Part shown: positions 13,160 through 27,870 of the stretch, piece by piece | How positions within the stretch are numbered: the first letter of the stretch is position 1 | Layout: every line of letters begins with the position of its first letter | Assembly: GCF_018977255.1 (NCBI RefSeq) | Contig: NW_024704742.1 | Coordinates: 21,144,001 to 21,208,000, forward strand | DNA: 64,000 nt | Origin: Callorhinchus milii | Lineage: Eukaryota | Direction of reading: 5' to 3' | The notes under the pieces: model-generated | What the model was told of the DNA's origin: nothing | Seen by the model: the letters and a program-made list of their open reading frames with translations, nothing else | Databases searched by the model: none | Program-made: the position numbers and the translations under genes

Positions 13160-14150
13160 AACCTCTCAATTCCTTTTACCATTTGAAATATCTCAATCCA
13201 ATACACCTCTTAACCTCCTCTGCTCCAAGATGTAACCCCAGTCTACCCAACCTCTCACCATAGCTAAGCCCCTTTAGTCCGGTTACTAATTCAGTGAACT
13301 ATTGCTGGACATTCTCAAGGCTAGAAAATATTTTCTAAAACCAGATGCCAAAAATGAATATTTGTGCTCCAAATAAGATCTGACTTGCATTTTATATAAC
13401 TAGAGCAGAAACTCTGTATCGCAACCCAATTATCCACCAACCCAGAGAGATTTGGAAGACCTTAACTAATGTATTTCAAGTTTCTTCATCTATTTTCCTT
13501 TCAATGCCCTCAGTGGAAACCACTTGGACCTGGGAACAGGTCTGGTTACAGTGTCATTAGTTTATCCACTAGAGTTTCACTTCATATAACCTCTTATTGT
13601 TTCTCCTCTGCAGTTGTTTCTAGTCTTCCCTCCATGTCTAGTTTCACATTCTTGTTTTCTACTCTAGAGACTGAAATAAATTATTCATTTAGGATTTCAT
13701 GCATGTCTTTATCCTTCATTATTACTAGGCTTCAAATCTGTTTATAATGGGCTCACCTCCACTCTTACTATTTTTTTTCTTCAACATGCTTAAAAAATCA
13801 TTTGCTACTAACCTTGATACCAGCTATAATGTATTTTTTATACTTCCTCTCTGCCCTCATTATTATCTTGGTTTCCCCTCTGTTAATTTCTGTTCTCCCA
13901 ATTCCCTTTTGCTACTTTCTTCATCCTCACCTAAGACTTTTCCTTTTGTTCTGTGTTGGTCCTGGCTACCTTTGCATTGCCTCACTCCATTGCCTCATCC
14001 CATTACCTCTTTGTTTTTCTGGGTGGTTTGTAATTCACAATCACCCTCTTGAATAGGTTCCCTTTCAATCCATTGATTTACCAGTAAACAATTTCTCCTA
14101 CCCCATTGTAATCATCATTTTTCCCCTGTAAGATATCCATTTTATCCCAA
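13160..14150 (-). mobile_element. Old degenerate CR1 ORF2 fragments
   Basis: Reverse reads give LEQRRLRG-like (13215-13235) and PGPSGFH (PGPDG-like, near 13520) segments with many disruptions. Confidence 0.6.
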
Positions 14151-14189
14151 CTCACTAACTGTTACATCCCATTAGACAAAAAAAACATA

Positions 14190-14630
14190 GAAGGAAGAAT
14201 AGCCAAGTTTGTAGATGACATTGAGTTAAGAGGTGCAGTGAATTGTGAGTTAAATAGAAATTGCAAAAGAAACAGACAGATCGAGCTGATATGTTGAATG
14301 GTGACAACTGTGCAGTACAAAGCATTGTGAGGTAGCACACTTTGGATGTAGGACTGACAGCTGGGAATACATTCTGAGTGGGAAGGCAAGGAGGTGGATA
14401 ATGGGCAAAGTGATTTAGGGATCACCATACACAAGTTATTGAAAGCTAGTTCACAGGTGTGGAAAACAATCAAAAAGATAATGAGATACTAGACGTTCTC
14501 ATAGAGGAATAAAATATAAGAAAGGAAGTTATACACAGTGCTGATTAAACCTCCTTTAAAGTATTATGTTCAATTCTGAGCATATCATCTGAAGAAAGAT
14601 ATACTAACTTTAGAGGAAGGTCACAGATAC
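14190..14630 (+). mobile_element. Old degenerate CR1 RT fragment
   Basis: ATAGCCAAGTTTGTAGATGAC translates IAKFVDD (FADD catalytic motif), followed by DLGITIH and HLKKDILTLEE-like segments. Confidence 0.7.
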
Positions 14631-14671
14631 AGATACAGAAACAATTATGTTTTTTACAAATGCGATAAATT

Positions 14672-15013
14672 TGTGGAGTCCTGTAGCATGTTGGTTAGAG
14701 CACTCACCTCGAAAGCTGGAGGACCCAGATTAGTCCCCGGGCAGGGCAAAACCTTAGGCATGTTTCCTTAGTCCACACATCTCTGTTTAACTAGCAGTAA
14801 GTAGGAACCTGATTGTTAAAAATAAAATAAAAATAGTAATTTGGTCACTCAATCCACGATCGTTTGTGGGACAATGTGGTGCACAATTGGCTGCCGCTTT
14901 TTACCCGCAAAATATACAGTTAATTCACTTTGCAGTATATTCTGTGAAGCACTTTGAGGTGTCTCAATGACATTATAACTCACTATATCAAATGCAAGGA
15001 TTATTATTATCAT
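14672..15013 (+). mobile_element. tRNA-Ala-like composite SINE, older long subfamily
   Basis: TGTGGAGTCCTGTAGC head, CTCTGTTTAACTAGCAGTAAGTAGGAACC middle, shared 3' region and (ATT)n tail. Confidence 0.9.
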
Positions 15014-15889
15014 TGCATCCCAGCCTAGAATATGAGCTCAGAATCCTGATGTGGGGCTTGAATGTACCACTTTGTGGCTCAAGTGTTACCAGCTGAGCCA
15101 GGCTGACACCTATTTTTCTGAATATTTTCAGTCCCTAATTCCTTTGCAAGAAATACAAGACAAGAAAAAAGCAGTAAGAACCATCACTGAATTTACAGGC
15201 AGATATTTCTACAAGTGCAACCTGAATGGCAAGTGCCTCCTTTTCTGATACTAACCATCCAGTCTTTTTTCCTTTTTTTGTGTTCAGATGACAGCAACAG
15301 GCTTTGGGGACATACAGCACCATTCCCATTATGAAACCATTAAAATCAGGCAATGCTGCTGAAATTAATGACCGGTGGCTCCTGTCATGAATGATATCCA
15401 CCTACTCTCGTAGACATGCCAGCTAAAGCTCTCTCAGCAAGCTGTCTCAGTAAATCACTGAACATCTACAAGGAAAAACAAGCACAAACAGGAGCAACAA
15501 AACATCCTATCATTCACACCCATGAATAATTTTACCTTTTGGTCATTTGTAGTCGTACATTTTATTCTGGTACTTTTTGGAAAATTATCACTGAAATTTG
15601 TGAAAATGAATCTCTAATGAACACTTCAAAAAAACATTTAAACACTGCCATTTTGCCCCTTGGTTCAAGTGGTGCAATGAACCACAATGTTAGCAAAGCA
15701 AACAAACAAACTATTCCCTCCCTCTCTCCTCTACAGTATTTAACTATATTGACACAAGCTAACTTACACACAAGCAAACCTTACATTCTGTTGTTTCTAC
15801 AGATGGAAGCACTGAACATTGGTTGTATTAGAAAACATAGCATCTAATTGCCAGAAGCCTGAAATTCCACCCAGTCTTACATGGTAAGA

Positions 15890-16282
15890 TATTAAGCTCC
15901 TCGTCCTCGCCTTCAAAGCCCTCCATGGTCTTGTTCCTCCCTACCTCTGCAATTTACTAACACCTTAACAACATTCCCACTCACTCTGCTGGGCGGGCAC
16001 TGGCATGCCCCATCCTGTCCACCTTACCATAGGCAGTTGGGCCTTCAATCTTTCTGCCCCCACCCTCTATCCCTCTGCCTCGGCCCTCCCTCGCCTCCTT
16101 CAAGGCCCATTTCAAGATATTCCACTTTGACCGTTTCTTCAGTCATCCTCCCACCCCCATCCCCCTTCACCCCCGCCCTTCGATTCCAAACCCCAGATCA
16201 GGTGCAAACCCTTGATTGTCCAGAGCCTTGGGACGTCTTCCCAACATGAAAGGCACTATATAAATGCAATTTGTTATTGTTG
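15890..16282 (+). mobile_element. L2 3' end
   Basis: CTCGTCCTCGCCTTCAAAGCCCTCCATGG (LVLAFKALHG), ending CCTTGGGACGTCTTCCCAACATGAAAGGCACTATATAAATGCAATTTGTTATTGTTG. Confidence 0.85.
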
Positions 16283-16747
16283 CAAGAACCAGCTGTGCAA
16301 AAGTGTTGCCATGCCATTCCATGGCTCGTGGCCTGGGCACTCCCAGTGCACTGTTTCTCCCTCTCTGGCGGAAAGCACCTGAGCTTTGACTTAGCAGATA
16401 CCAACACTAGCACGACTGTTAGACTTGGCAAGAGAAGATAGCTACTTTCCTAAAGAAACACCAATTGAGGATAATTGCTATCAATCTATTGCTACTTATC
16501 TTGTCTCCATTGACCTCAATAAGATTGTTTTGATTTAATTCACGATTATTTACTACTCCCAAAAAGTCACTTCTAAACAATCATCAAGCTTCTAAAACTG
16601 AATTTGGTCAACAGTCAGTGAATTTAAACATGAAGGGCCATTTGTCAGAAATATAGGTCATGAAATTCTATGTATCACACAGTAATCAATCATTGTAGAT
16701 TGTAGTTTAATTAAGGTGACGGGTGCTTAAGAGCTCTAACGATAATC

Positions 16748-17020
16748 CTAATAATAATCCTTACATATGATATAGCACCTTTCATGTCAGGAGAAATTCT
16801 CAAAGCACTTCACAGAATTTTACTGTAATGTGTGGTGACTGTGTGTTTTGTACGCAAATGTTTTTTGCCATGGAATCTTTAAATCCAATGGAACAAGCAG
16901 ATGAGACTTTGTTTTGTTGTCTCATCTGAAGGACGGCATCTCTAACAATGCAATGCTTCCCTAGCACTACATTAATGGGTCAACCTAGACTGTGAGTTGA
17001 AATCCATAACCTTCTACTCC
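16748..17020 (-). mobile_element. DeuSINE-like SINE, diverged
   Basis: Reverse tail AATAATCCTTACAT..., then CTCATCTGAAGGACGGCATCTC and AATCCATAACCTTCT head remnant. Confidence 0.6.
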
Positions 17021-19073
17021 TACTCTGTGAAGCTGTGCTTCCCTTCCCTGTCCTGTTGTCTTACTATAATGCAGAGGTGGAGAGCATTGCCAAAGGAACC
17101 TATTCACAGTAACACAGGCAATGGTCCTGTGCCAGAATACTAAATAATCAAGCAGCTTTAGGTATTCAGAGCTAGAGCTCAACCAACAAAAGGACACCTT
17201 GATACTTCGTGACATTTTAGTCAAACCAAACCTCTGATACCTTATTAAGCCATTACACAGCTTCAAGTGGTTTATCTCTTTCAAGCCTAATCACGTTGTA
17301 CAAGGCTTACATATAACTACAGCACCATCCAATTACAATTAAACAAACCTTTCAGAAGGTGACTACAGCAATGCTGATAAAACAAATACTCTGCTTGACC
17401 ACGAGGGCAACAACCACAATGCGTTAAGAACACAGCAGAATAGGTCTATTTCAAGATTTGGATACTGTTCCCATTTCTGGGGTGCTTTTAACGACACTGC
17501 ACTCATCCTCCCTGGTACAAGAAAACTAATATCATCTGGTAGGCTATTCCAACCTCACCTCTACACTCCAAACGTGCTCTCTCCAGCTCAATCTATCTTG
17601 TGCTTCTATGTTCTATCAATACCATAATTCTCATTATTCCTCTAAACCTTCTCTCCTCAAGATCAGATTCAGCAACCTGTCCCCACCCTGCATCCTCCCT
17701 GTGCTGAAATCAAGACCTATTATTTGGGCAGAGGACGTATTTTGCATCAGAAGGAGATTTAGAGGTCAGGACACTGGAATATTCAATAAACTGTTATTCT
17801 GCAAAGGGGAAGATGATAGAATGAGTATTCTGGAAGGATGAGTTCAAGTAGTTTACAACACCCACTTTTATCATCACTCTCTTGTGATTTTCTGATTTTT
17901 CACGACCTCAAGATTGTGGAACTTTTTGCCTGTCTTGGTTTTGACTATTCAATCCACAGGTTTCTAAAACTCAAGCTTAGACAGCAGCTAAGAACTATTT
18001 CCTACATCATCTTCTAATTTTGTCAGCCTTGGTAGTATTCTGCTCTGTTGCAATCCCCTGGTTGAAACCCACAGAACAGAATGCGAGATGCTGGGATCCC
18101 AAATGCTGTTGGAGATCTCACATTCCCAGGATTTCTAAAAGCGAATCCCAGGATTTTATGAAGGATACCCGTTTCAACCAAGCTTCTGTAGAAAAAGCTA
18201 AATGCTTTCTCCTCTTTTTCTCTTGAAGTGACCTTTACAAACCAGAAGCGATGCCTTGACTGTCTCTCCTGTATGTTTTGTCTCTCTTTCTCTCTGCATT
18301 TAACATTCTTTCCCCCTCTCCCCAGACATGTGCCAATGACCCACATTCAGCTTCCCTGTGAATAGACATCGCTCAGTCTCTGTATGTATCTCTCTCTCTC
18401 TCCCTCTGTTTGCGTCACTAACTCTCTTTTATTCCTTCTGTCTTATGTCTCCCTTTTCTCTCTCTATTTTTAGCATATGCCTTAGCTCTTGCTAACCTGT
18501 GCCTAATACGTTACGAAATTAGGTAAGAGGATATGTCCCTCCATGGAGAGGATACCATTCATACCATGCATACCATTCCAACAATCTATCTCTGGGATTT
18601 CCATGTGTAGGTGGCATGGAAAGCTCAGCTTGGTTTGGATACTCTTAAGCATGGTGATGGGTTTCAGCATGTGTCAGACACCCAGCTGACCAAAAAAAAA
18701 TGCTGTATGTATATGTCTCTCTCTCTCTCATCTCTCATCTCTCTTTGTGTATCTGTATGTGTCACTGACTTCTTTTTGTATCTCTTTCTGTAATGTGTCA
18801 CTTTTTCTCTTGTTTCGTCAATAAATCTACCCATGACTAAACCCCTCACTGTCTCGGTCAGTCCCTTGTTGTCAAGCCTCTTGGGAGCTGAGTAAGGCGG
18901 GGAGGGAGGTGAGTCAGTGACCGGCTCGGGGGGATGTCACTGTTGGCCGAGTTCCTTGACATTCTTCCGAACCAAGATTTAGCATCTCAGGATTCTGGGA
19001 TTTGGGGCATTAAAATCCTGAACTCAGGATACAGACAGAGCATCGGGATTGCTATCCCTCCTTTTGGTCCTTG

Positions 19074-19391
19074 GTGGAGTCCTGTAGCTCAGTGGTTAGA
19101 GCACTCGCTTTGCAAGTGAAAGACCTGAGTTCAATTCCAGGCAGAGGGCGAAACCTTGGGCAAGTTTCCTTACTCCACACAGAGCCTAATAATAATCCCT
19201 CCAAAACCAAAAGCAATAATAAATTGGTCATTTTCAATCTACGACTGTTTGTGGGACATTGCTGTGCGCAATTGGCTGCCGCGTTCGCCCACAAATATAC
19301 AGTCAATTCACTTTACAGTGTGTTCTGTGAAGTGCTTTGGGACGTCCTCCCGACGTGAAAAGCGCTATATCAAATGCAAGGATTTTTTTTT
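19074..19391 (+). mobile_element. Young tRNA-Ala-like composite SINE, full length, with a T-rich tail
   Basis: Nearly identical to 9954-10276; ends AAATGCAAGGATTTTTTTTT. Confidence 0.95.
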
Positions 19392-22300
19392 GCTTAGGGT
19401 CCACAATTAAAACAAATAAATACGCTGAGGTACAGAAAGTTAAGTGACTCTTTCTTACAGTCCTTTTCAAATACAGCTTCAAACAACTTTTCATATTGAG
19501 AGGTGTCTCTCAGTACTTTATGTTTTCGTTGGGTTTTCCTGTAATGCAGGCTTTATGTCTTAGAAAGTCTGCTCCATCTGCTTTCAGCCAAACGAAAATC
19601 AATGAGATCTGCAACTAACGTGTCTTGGGAGACACTCAGAATTCACAGTCTATATTCAAGCCAGAATTTGTACAAGATTTATTTCAATTTCATTTATTTA
19701 TTTGAAGAAATATTTGATGGACACTCACTAAAATTGATCTCAAAGGAGATATTTATGACATTAACCTGCTTAGTAACGGTTTAGTTACTTTGACTGTGGA
19801 TGTTCATGGCAAGTGAAATAAAAGGCAAGAGCTGACAGTTCATTGATCCCACTGGCTAACAGTGAACGAGTTAAGACATTTCAATGGTGTGCGACCCTGG
19901 AATTAATTAGACTACCACACCTCAGTTGTTCTATCTCTCTCTCTCTCTAATTACTAACAGTCATGATGGGAAATCAAATATTGTTGATCCTATACCAGAA
20001 AACTCTGAGCTAATCACAGCATTGTCTGCCCCTTATTCTGTGATGAATGCGTAAACCCCTCCTCCAGACTAAAGTGGGCCAGAACATTTATTATAATCTT
20101 AGAAATTCAAGCAGTGCATTCAGTTAGCTCTCAAGTGTCTTATGTTCAGCTTCTCAACTGTGAGATTAGATTTCTCCTTTTGTATTGACTTACAGACATT
20201 GATTTTCACTTATAATAAAAACAGCAGATAGAGAATTAATTTAGGATGCGGATTTATGATGTGTATCTTTTCCAATGTTATTTGAATGTCTAATTGCAGG
20301 TTCCTCCAATGGCTTGGTGGGTGAACTTCAAACGCAATACTGAGTTATGCAGATCAATAGGGATCCAATTATTTCCAGTGATTTGATAAAACACGCCTGT
20401 TGTGTGTTTCCATCAGTGTCTGATTTTATTAAACAACCACAACAACTCAAAAGGTGCCTTTTACTTTGGTGCGCATCACAAAGCGCAGAACAAGGTAAAA
20501 AAGGAAGGGCATGCTTTTTTTTAAAATCTGGTCAGCTGGGTGTCTGGCACGTGTGCAAACCTATCATAAAACGTAAGAGTATCCAAACCAGACAGATAAT
20601 TCCACATATGTGCAATTTCTTTGTATTTGAAATGGAATGTGCACTCTCTCTCTCTCTCTCTCTCAGGACTCATCATGCTTACCTAATTCCAGACAGCAGT
20701 AGGCGCAGTTTGATAAGTTCCAAGGCTTGGGGCCCCGAGAGTGTGTGTTGGGGTACTGCTGGAGTTATTTATGTAAATAATTGGTGAAACGAATGATAGA
20801 CTCATCTGTATTCATTTCCATTGGTGACTGATTACACAACTAAGTGCACCAGTGTGTGTTTGAACATGATCAACCCATGGGTGCTTAGCCTAACTCCCAA
20901 TTTAGCCTCCAATAACTTTCTTTTTAAATAGTATAGGGATGCTTTGCTTAATACTTAATCAAAGCAATACATTTGTTCTCAAACAATAACAAGCTACCTG
21001 TTTTCTTACTATTAAATTCCCAAGACCAAGGATTCTGAACACATGCCAAACTATATCGTAAAATTAGTCAATAAACCATTCATTTCATATAACAGCAAAA
21101 TTCAAAAAAAACTACTCGTGTTTGCACGTTGCTGATGAATGATAGATGCCAAACTAGTCATTTGTTTGCGTGACACTACTGTACTTTTAGGTTCCCCATC
21201 TTCATTTACATGCCAGACTTACAAAAACTGCGGAATCAGTAAATATTCTGAATATAAATAAATTATTGACAAATATTTTTAAGTCATGCTGAACAAAATA
21301 TGAACCAATTTTGACACTTTAATGGTGTCAGTGAAGAAACTAATATTGAAATGTATATTATTTCCAAATATTTTCAGCCTATTCGTCCAATTTGCTATTA
21401 TGGATGATACCATAATTCAAAGGTATATTGTTTTTACTAAAGGAGACTTGATCCACAACCAAATTCAAGTTCTCAGTAAATTCACAGTCATTATCCCAAA
21501 CCTATATATTTTCAGATTTTGAAACTGTATTACTGCAGTTCTCATCCCTAAACATTACTATTATATTGAATATATGGCAGAAAAAGACTGTGTCCCCTTG
21601 ATTGGGATAACACAACATGAGAAAGTCACAATGCACCTTAATGTTCCTTTCTATGCAATTCTAACGAACCATAAAAGTTAGCTAAATGCTTTACAGTCAG
21701 TGCATTAACCCCTAGCAATGGGAGCAAGTGCTGGCTCTTCCATGCCACATGAGTGATTGACAATTTAAATTCTTGAAGATGTAATCCTGACGGAAAACTT
21801 TGGTGCTTCCACATGCTTGCACTGATGCTATTATATTCCTGTCCCCACATGCGCTCTTTGAATTTCTTGTGTGTCTTTTGATCACAGATTAATTAGTTTG
21901 CCTTGCCTTCACGTGACCATTGAGATTACCAGCTCCGATTGTGTTAGAATTCACGATATCTTAAATGTTTTCAAAAACTTGCACTGGACTATTAAATAGC
22001 CAAGTCACATCCAGCAGCAGCCAATACCAATGTTCAATTTGCATTGTTCAGAACAATTAACCTTTGTGTGGGAAAATCAAATAAAGTGCTCGCTGATTGA
22101 ATTCAATTTTCTCTCCTGTGTCTATCACATATTACTTGTCAATTTGTTTTGATCTTCTCACAAGGGCTCTGGGTGAAAATCACTTAATTGAGCTGCTTTT
22201 TTCTCTCTCTTTCTGAAACGTTATATCCAAAATATGTTTTGGATTACATTTGATATTGGAATTAGCGAGTGAAATTAGCAACTTTTCAGAATGCCTTCGA

Positions 22301-25300
22301 TATGATATTCATCACATCATATCAAAAGCATTAAAAGACGCAGCTAATTTCACTCCAACATTGTTTACTTCAAGACATGTTGTCAAATTGCATCAAGCCA
22401 CAACTTATAATGCAAAAATAACAAACCAATACTGTACAAAAATGGTTACTGAGCTAATAAAGCTCTGACAAATTGTAATTGCATTTTCTGTATGTGTAGG
22501 CTAGGAATAATTTCATTATTGACCCATTGAATGCAATTCTACGTACTGTAGCAATTATTTCAAGCAACTTGAAGGTTTGTGTAAGAAGTAGTATTGACAT
22601 CCTGAAATGACATTGAATCTCATTAAGTCGGAATTTAAATGATCTTCACCCCTGATTTGTTCACTGATTTGGGTTAAAGAGGATTAGCCCTTCAATCTGC
22701 CAGAAGTTCATTTTACAAAGGTTTTTTGGGATTCCAGCCTTCTGGGAGTTGGTTATTAAGGTTACCATCTGTCCTGTTTCAGACCAGGTGCTCCTGTTTT
22801 TGAGTAAAACATTCTAATACATCAGTAGGACTCCCACTGTGTGGATTTAGTATAAAAGTCCATTTGGTTCAGCTATGTCTGGGCATTATGATGTAGAGAC
22901 ATTACTTATTAAAGTTAGTGAAGTTTCCAGTGAGTTGAAATATCAGCAAAGCTCAAGTGATGGTGAGCCCATCTCCTGCCCACCCCCACTCGCATTCCTG
23001 TCTGGTTTCAAATTGTCAAAAGAGCCCAGCCTATTATCTGAATATTATAGTGTATTTTTCTTGGTTGAAACTGAAAATGTTTACTGCTCCAAGGAAGTTT
23101 CACAAATACAACTAAGCCAAAGCTTGTGTAAGACTGGAAAATCACAGTATTCCTCCGACATGTTGGGTGTGCTTCTCTGTCTCTTCCTTTCCTCAATAGA
23201 GGCAAATGCCATCTAACTTGCTTATGTGAATGCTATTAGCATGTTAGTTCTGTCACAGATCTGCTGCTCAATATGCTTTGCACAGTCATGAAATGAATAG
23301 GCTACGTTCCCATTGTTTTCCAGTTCTATTGCCTTAAGTCTTCAGTGACTTGTTAAATATGGAAGGCTCATGACCTCACTGAGCACAGGAAAAAAATAGG
23401 ATTGTTGAGGCTGAAAGAAAAATCTTTCATTCATAGAACATTTACCTATGAAATTCATACTATTCATACATACATTCATACTATGCAATACATTTTCCCT
23501 GAAGCTATTGTTGAAAACAAAGATTGAGATCAAAGTAAGCAAGACATGAAAATTGTAGAGGCTAACATTAAATGAAAACAAAAGACAACTAAACTCAAAA
23601 AGGATTGCTGGAGGTACTGAAAAATGCAAAGAGAGAGGAAGATAGAGGGGGTATCTACAGAGAGGCAAGATAGAGAATGGAAGGAGTCACCTGAAAAAGA
23701 GAGAGTGTGAGAGAGAGAAATAGGTACTTGGAAAGAGAGAAAGAGAGATGGAAAGAGAGAAAGGTAACTGGTAATAGAAAAAGACCTCCAATATAAAAAC
23801 TGGAGCACTGAGAGAGGATTGACAAAGCAATGTGGGCTTCCAGTTATTCGGTAATTAACAGTCACAGAACCCCACTGCATGGAAAGAGAGTTGCAAACTA
23901 CTCTTTGGTTACTTTTCATTTAAAGTTTGACTGATCTACTCAAATTTAGAATTTAAGGGCAATGGGAAATTTGCAGTGAAGGTGAGTAAATACATTTAAA
24001 AATATAAATTTTCACTGTTGATTATCAGAAATGAAAAGGCAAGAGACAAGACTGGTGTTATATTTATTTACTCAGACTGTTGTAGGGACCTTTAACATGA
24101 CTAAATACCAATCTGCTCCAGCCTGCACTCAAGTCTGCTCAGAGACTTCATACATACTTGTCTGCCCACAAAACCTTCTTTATGCCAACCATTCCTGAGT
24201 CTCTCCTGTACACAAAGTATCCAGAGGCTCTCCACTGTGCCAGTCTGGCATCCATGAGTCTCCAATGCTTATACAATACTTAAAACAAGAAACAGTCTTT
24301 TGTCTAACATACACTTCATTCCACACGTTTCCAAACAACAAGGACTATATCGTTATCAAATTTGAAAATATAATTCGAATACATCTCCTCCGATGAGGCG
24401 ATGGCAGAGAGCGGCTAATGGTTACATTCTCAGATGTAATTTAAGCTGCGACTCCGTGAATGTATTTTTATTACAGGGTCAGAAAAACGTAGCAAATTTC
24501 ATCCAACTAGCTGCTTATTTTCTCTGCTATGTGAAATAGTATCTCACAGCATTTGAGCCCTCCGTTCACAAGTTATCTTATGTGAGAAAGGAAACCTGTA
24601 GTGGGGACAGTAACATCCCCAACTTAATGTGTTCAGTACATTTATGTGAGGTCACAGTCCGCTTCAGCAAATATGCAGAGCTGAGCCTATCAACTGACAC
24701 TGCACAATGCCCCAAAAGCAAAGCTCATTCTCACTTCATTCTGACAGCTGTAACTATAGGACTTATTTAAACATAGATCTTTACTTGCACAGTGTCTGAC
24801 TATTCAGCGATGTTCAAAAAAGTCTTGAAAATTGGTTTTGAAACCCAGTACAATATTGCATTGTTCTTTTCTGGTGTTCCACACTCACATAGCCCATGTT
24901 TGCTGATAACACTAAGATCACATCTATTGAGTGAATAAATCTATTAAGTAAATAATAATTAAAAATCCAAGACCTTCCATTATGTAAATCCATTAGACAC
25001 ACTACAATTAACTGAATCATTTAATTTATTAACAAAGTAAATAGGTATTTCCTAGATTCTACATTTTTCATGTCTACAGCCTAAAACATACACCATCAAT
25101 ATCTGATCAAAATATTTCACTTCTACTAATGCAGTCATATTTAGTGCTCCCTTTGTAAAACACTGATGAACACCTTGCATTCCCACAACCATGTTTTTTC
25201 TTTTTCCGAAGTTAGTATAAAGCAATTGGTGTGAAAATTTTGACAAAAATGCAGCTCAATTATATTTTTAGGGAATGCATTACAATGTCTTCATTCGATT

Positions 25301-27599
25301 TGTGACCAGCTTTTTTTTTGTCTCTTCTTCACAATGGTGTTTAATTTGCAGAAACTCGAACACCAGCTTGTCTGAATTAATTTGTTGTCAATAGAGCTCT
25401 TCGGATAAAGAAAAGGGCCTCTCCCCTAACAAGCTTCATCATTTCTCTATCTGTTTCTCATTACAAAAATAGATGTGTTTCTACAAACACTGAATGGTGC
25501 TCACTGAATGTAGCATACAACACAACATTTCCCTCTACATAATGTGAGATTTATAAAATGTAAATCCAAACTTTGTCCTGAAGTTTCAAACACCACAAAT
25601 AAACCAGACCTCTTGTTTACAACACTTTTAACATATGTTCTGCTGGTCACTTGGAGCTTTGACTTTTGACAATAATATCTCTTAAACGCAATTCACAAGA
25701 CCCTCCTGCTGTCAGTTGAATGAAGCTCATATCGAAATGTACAGTCCAGACTGCATTAACCACACTCATTTGGTGATTATGCAGGGACTTGCCACAATTG
25801 CACTAAAAACCCTGTGATTAGAAACCAGAGCTGCATTTTCAATGTGTTTTTATTGTTTGCTTGAGGTTGCTTTTAGCATTAATCTCACACCCAGTGCATA
25901 CACACATCCTCAGGCACACACTTATGCGATAGTGATAGCACAGGTTGTTATGGGTCTGGTATCCAGTGCAATCAAACAAAGTCTCTCTCTTACCTCCACG
26001 TCCCTGTTCTTCTCTTTGTTCTTGCTTATTGAACTTCTTCCATTGCCAGCTGTCTCTTTCACTGGGACCACAGAGATCTGCTGGAGAGGCATCTTAATGC
26101 TGAGACCAGTGGAATATACCTTTATGTTTTCACTCCCCCGGAGTACAGCACTTGCATAATTGTTCACTTCCTATTCTGACAGGTTCCATTCTGTGAACGA
26201 ATCAGACAAACATTCAGGGATTCAATGCACACCTCTGCCCCTGATTTGAAGGCTGCAAGTCAACGCTTGGCAAATGGCTTCAATGCAAATATCTGTGAAG
26301 CTCCGCCAACCTTAAAGATCCTGAATTTGAACCAAAGGGAATTGAACTTCACGCAAGTCATAACTGGACTGTTCTGCCACCAGAATCCCACAGAGCATTG
26401 TGGGAGCCAATTCAATTTCTACGGTTCCTAATAACTGTCATGGAAACAGAGGGAACCTTGGTCTCTCAGGCCCCTATTATCAAATGCTTCCTTTAATGGC
26501 AAAAACTCCCGTGTTCTCAATGGCTGCTGCTGCTGTTCAATTGATTCCCCCTGAGTTTTCTGAGCGCACAGAGACACAGCAGCATACTGACTGGGTAAAT
26601 AAGCATAAGGCAGAAAGGCTTAGTGTCCTATTTTAGAAACATCCTATCCTTCTTGAACATCACGGGCAGCCTGCTGGGTAGTTCATGCATTTAATCTGCT
26701 TAGGTCACTGCAATGAGAATGGCCCCGAACATGCTAAGAAGCACGCACTGAGTGATTGTGAATGTGAAAGAGAGTCAAAGATAAGAGCTTTAACATGTAT
26801 TGCCTTTATTTGCCTTGCAGAAACACATTTCATTCAACAGACAGTTAAGCTGCATATCAAAACAAAAATGGGATTACTACAGCACGGTGCACACTGAGAG
26901 AAATAAACATTTCCCATTCTGAGGGTTTGGTTTTAGGTTTGTCTCTCAAGATTGTTTTATATTATTCCTCCTCGAATCAGGGTATCTACTGATGCCACCT
27001 ATCACAACACTGCCTCCATCAGGTAGATTTCAAGGTTACTGTGACTGGTGCTATTTATTAGCTTTGTCGTTTTAGGTTCTCCCAATCAACCCCTCCCCAC
27101 CACCCCCTTAAGAATGAGCACTCTGCTATATATGGGAGAAGACGAGGCACGTATGAAGATAGATGAGCCTAAGAACATCAGTCAAGGCTGAGATGTCATC
27201 CAGACAGCAATTCAATTGTCTTTTGTAAGAGCAACTCAGCCGGTTGAGTAGTCACAATTTGAAAGAGTAATATTAGTACAGAGACAAGCACTTTATATGT
27301 ATCTATGGGTTTGCTTCTCAGAGAAAACAATAAATCTCAGCAGAGACTGTTTGAAAGATGAATTTATAAGTACTCTTTAAAGCAAGGACAATCCTTTACA
27401 CAAAATGTTTGTCTAGTGTTTTCCAAGACATGAAAATTAAATCCTATCAAAAGCGAATGGATATTAATTTTGTAACTAAAGATACTGACCATGCTTGTCA
27501 ACAAATTTTTCTTGTGCCAATTTTGTCCTCTGGTGAAGGCAATAATATTTTCCCTTCAGCTAATGTATGGTTCCGGCGATGTTGAGAGCTTCTGGTACC

Positions 27600-27870
27600 T
27601 CAAGTGACTATCACACTGGAGCTCAATCCTATTGCCACCCAACGTCTATAAACAGGCATCTTCCAATAGCGGGTTCCTTGATCTTGATCGAGAGTGAGAA
27701 GATTGGCAGATTTTTCCCTCCTTATCTTAGGGATGCTGAGGCCAATTGTAGCACCCAAACTTGTTGGCCTGATTGAGGTGAATTAATTAGTCACAGACTG
27801 ATTCAAACCTGTAACCCATCTTGTCTGAATAGCCTAATGCTAGCTTTACCTACAACCCATCAGTAGAGCC
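27600..27870 (-). mobile_element. Diverged SINE-like repeat of a different family
   Basis: GATTTTTCCC...GCTGAGGCCAATTGTAGC...CACAGACTGATTCAAACCTG resembles the reverse of a B-box-containing SINE head; possibly related pieces near 34745-34915 and 46305-46450. Family assignment is from recollection only. Confidence 0.4.

Noticed and set aside
19156..19410. Recurrent peptide MGKFPYST...WDIAVRNWLPRSPTNIQSIHF (also 30660, 55464) as a gene family
   Set aside because: It is the translation of SINE copies from non-ATG starts.
22757..22810. AGGTTACCATCTGTCCTG resembling a hAT-type terminal repeat
   Set aside because: I could not find a matching opposite end.
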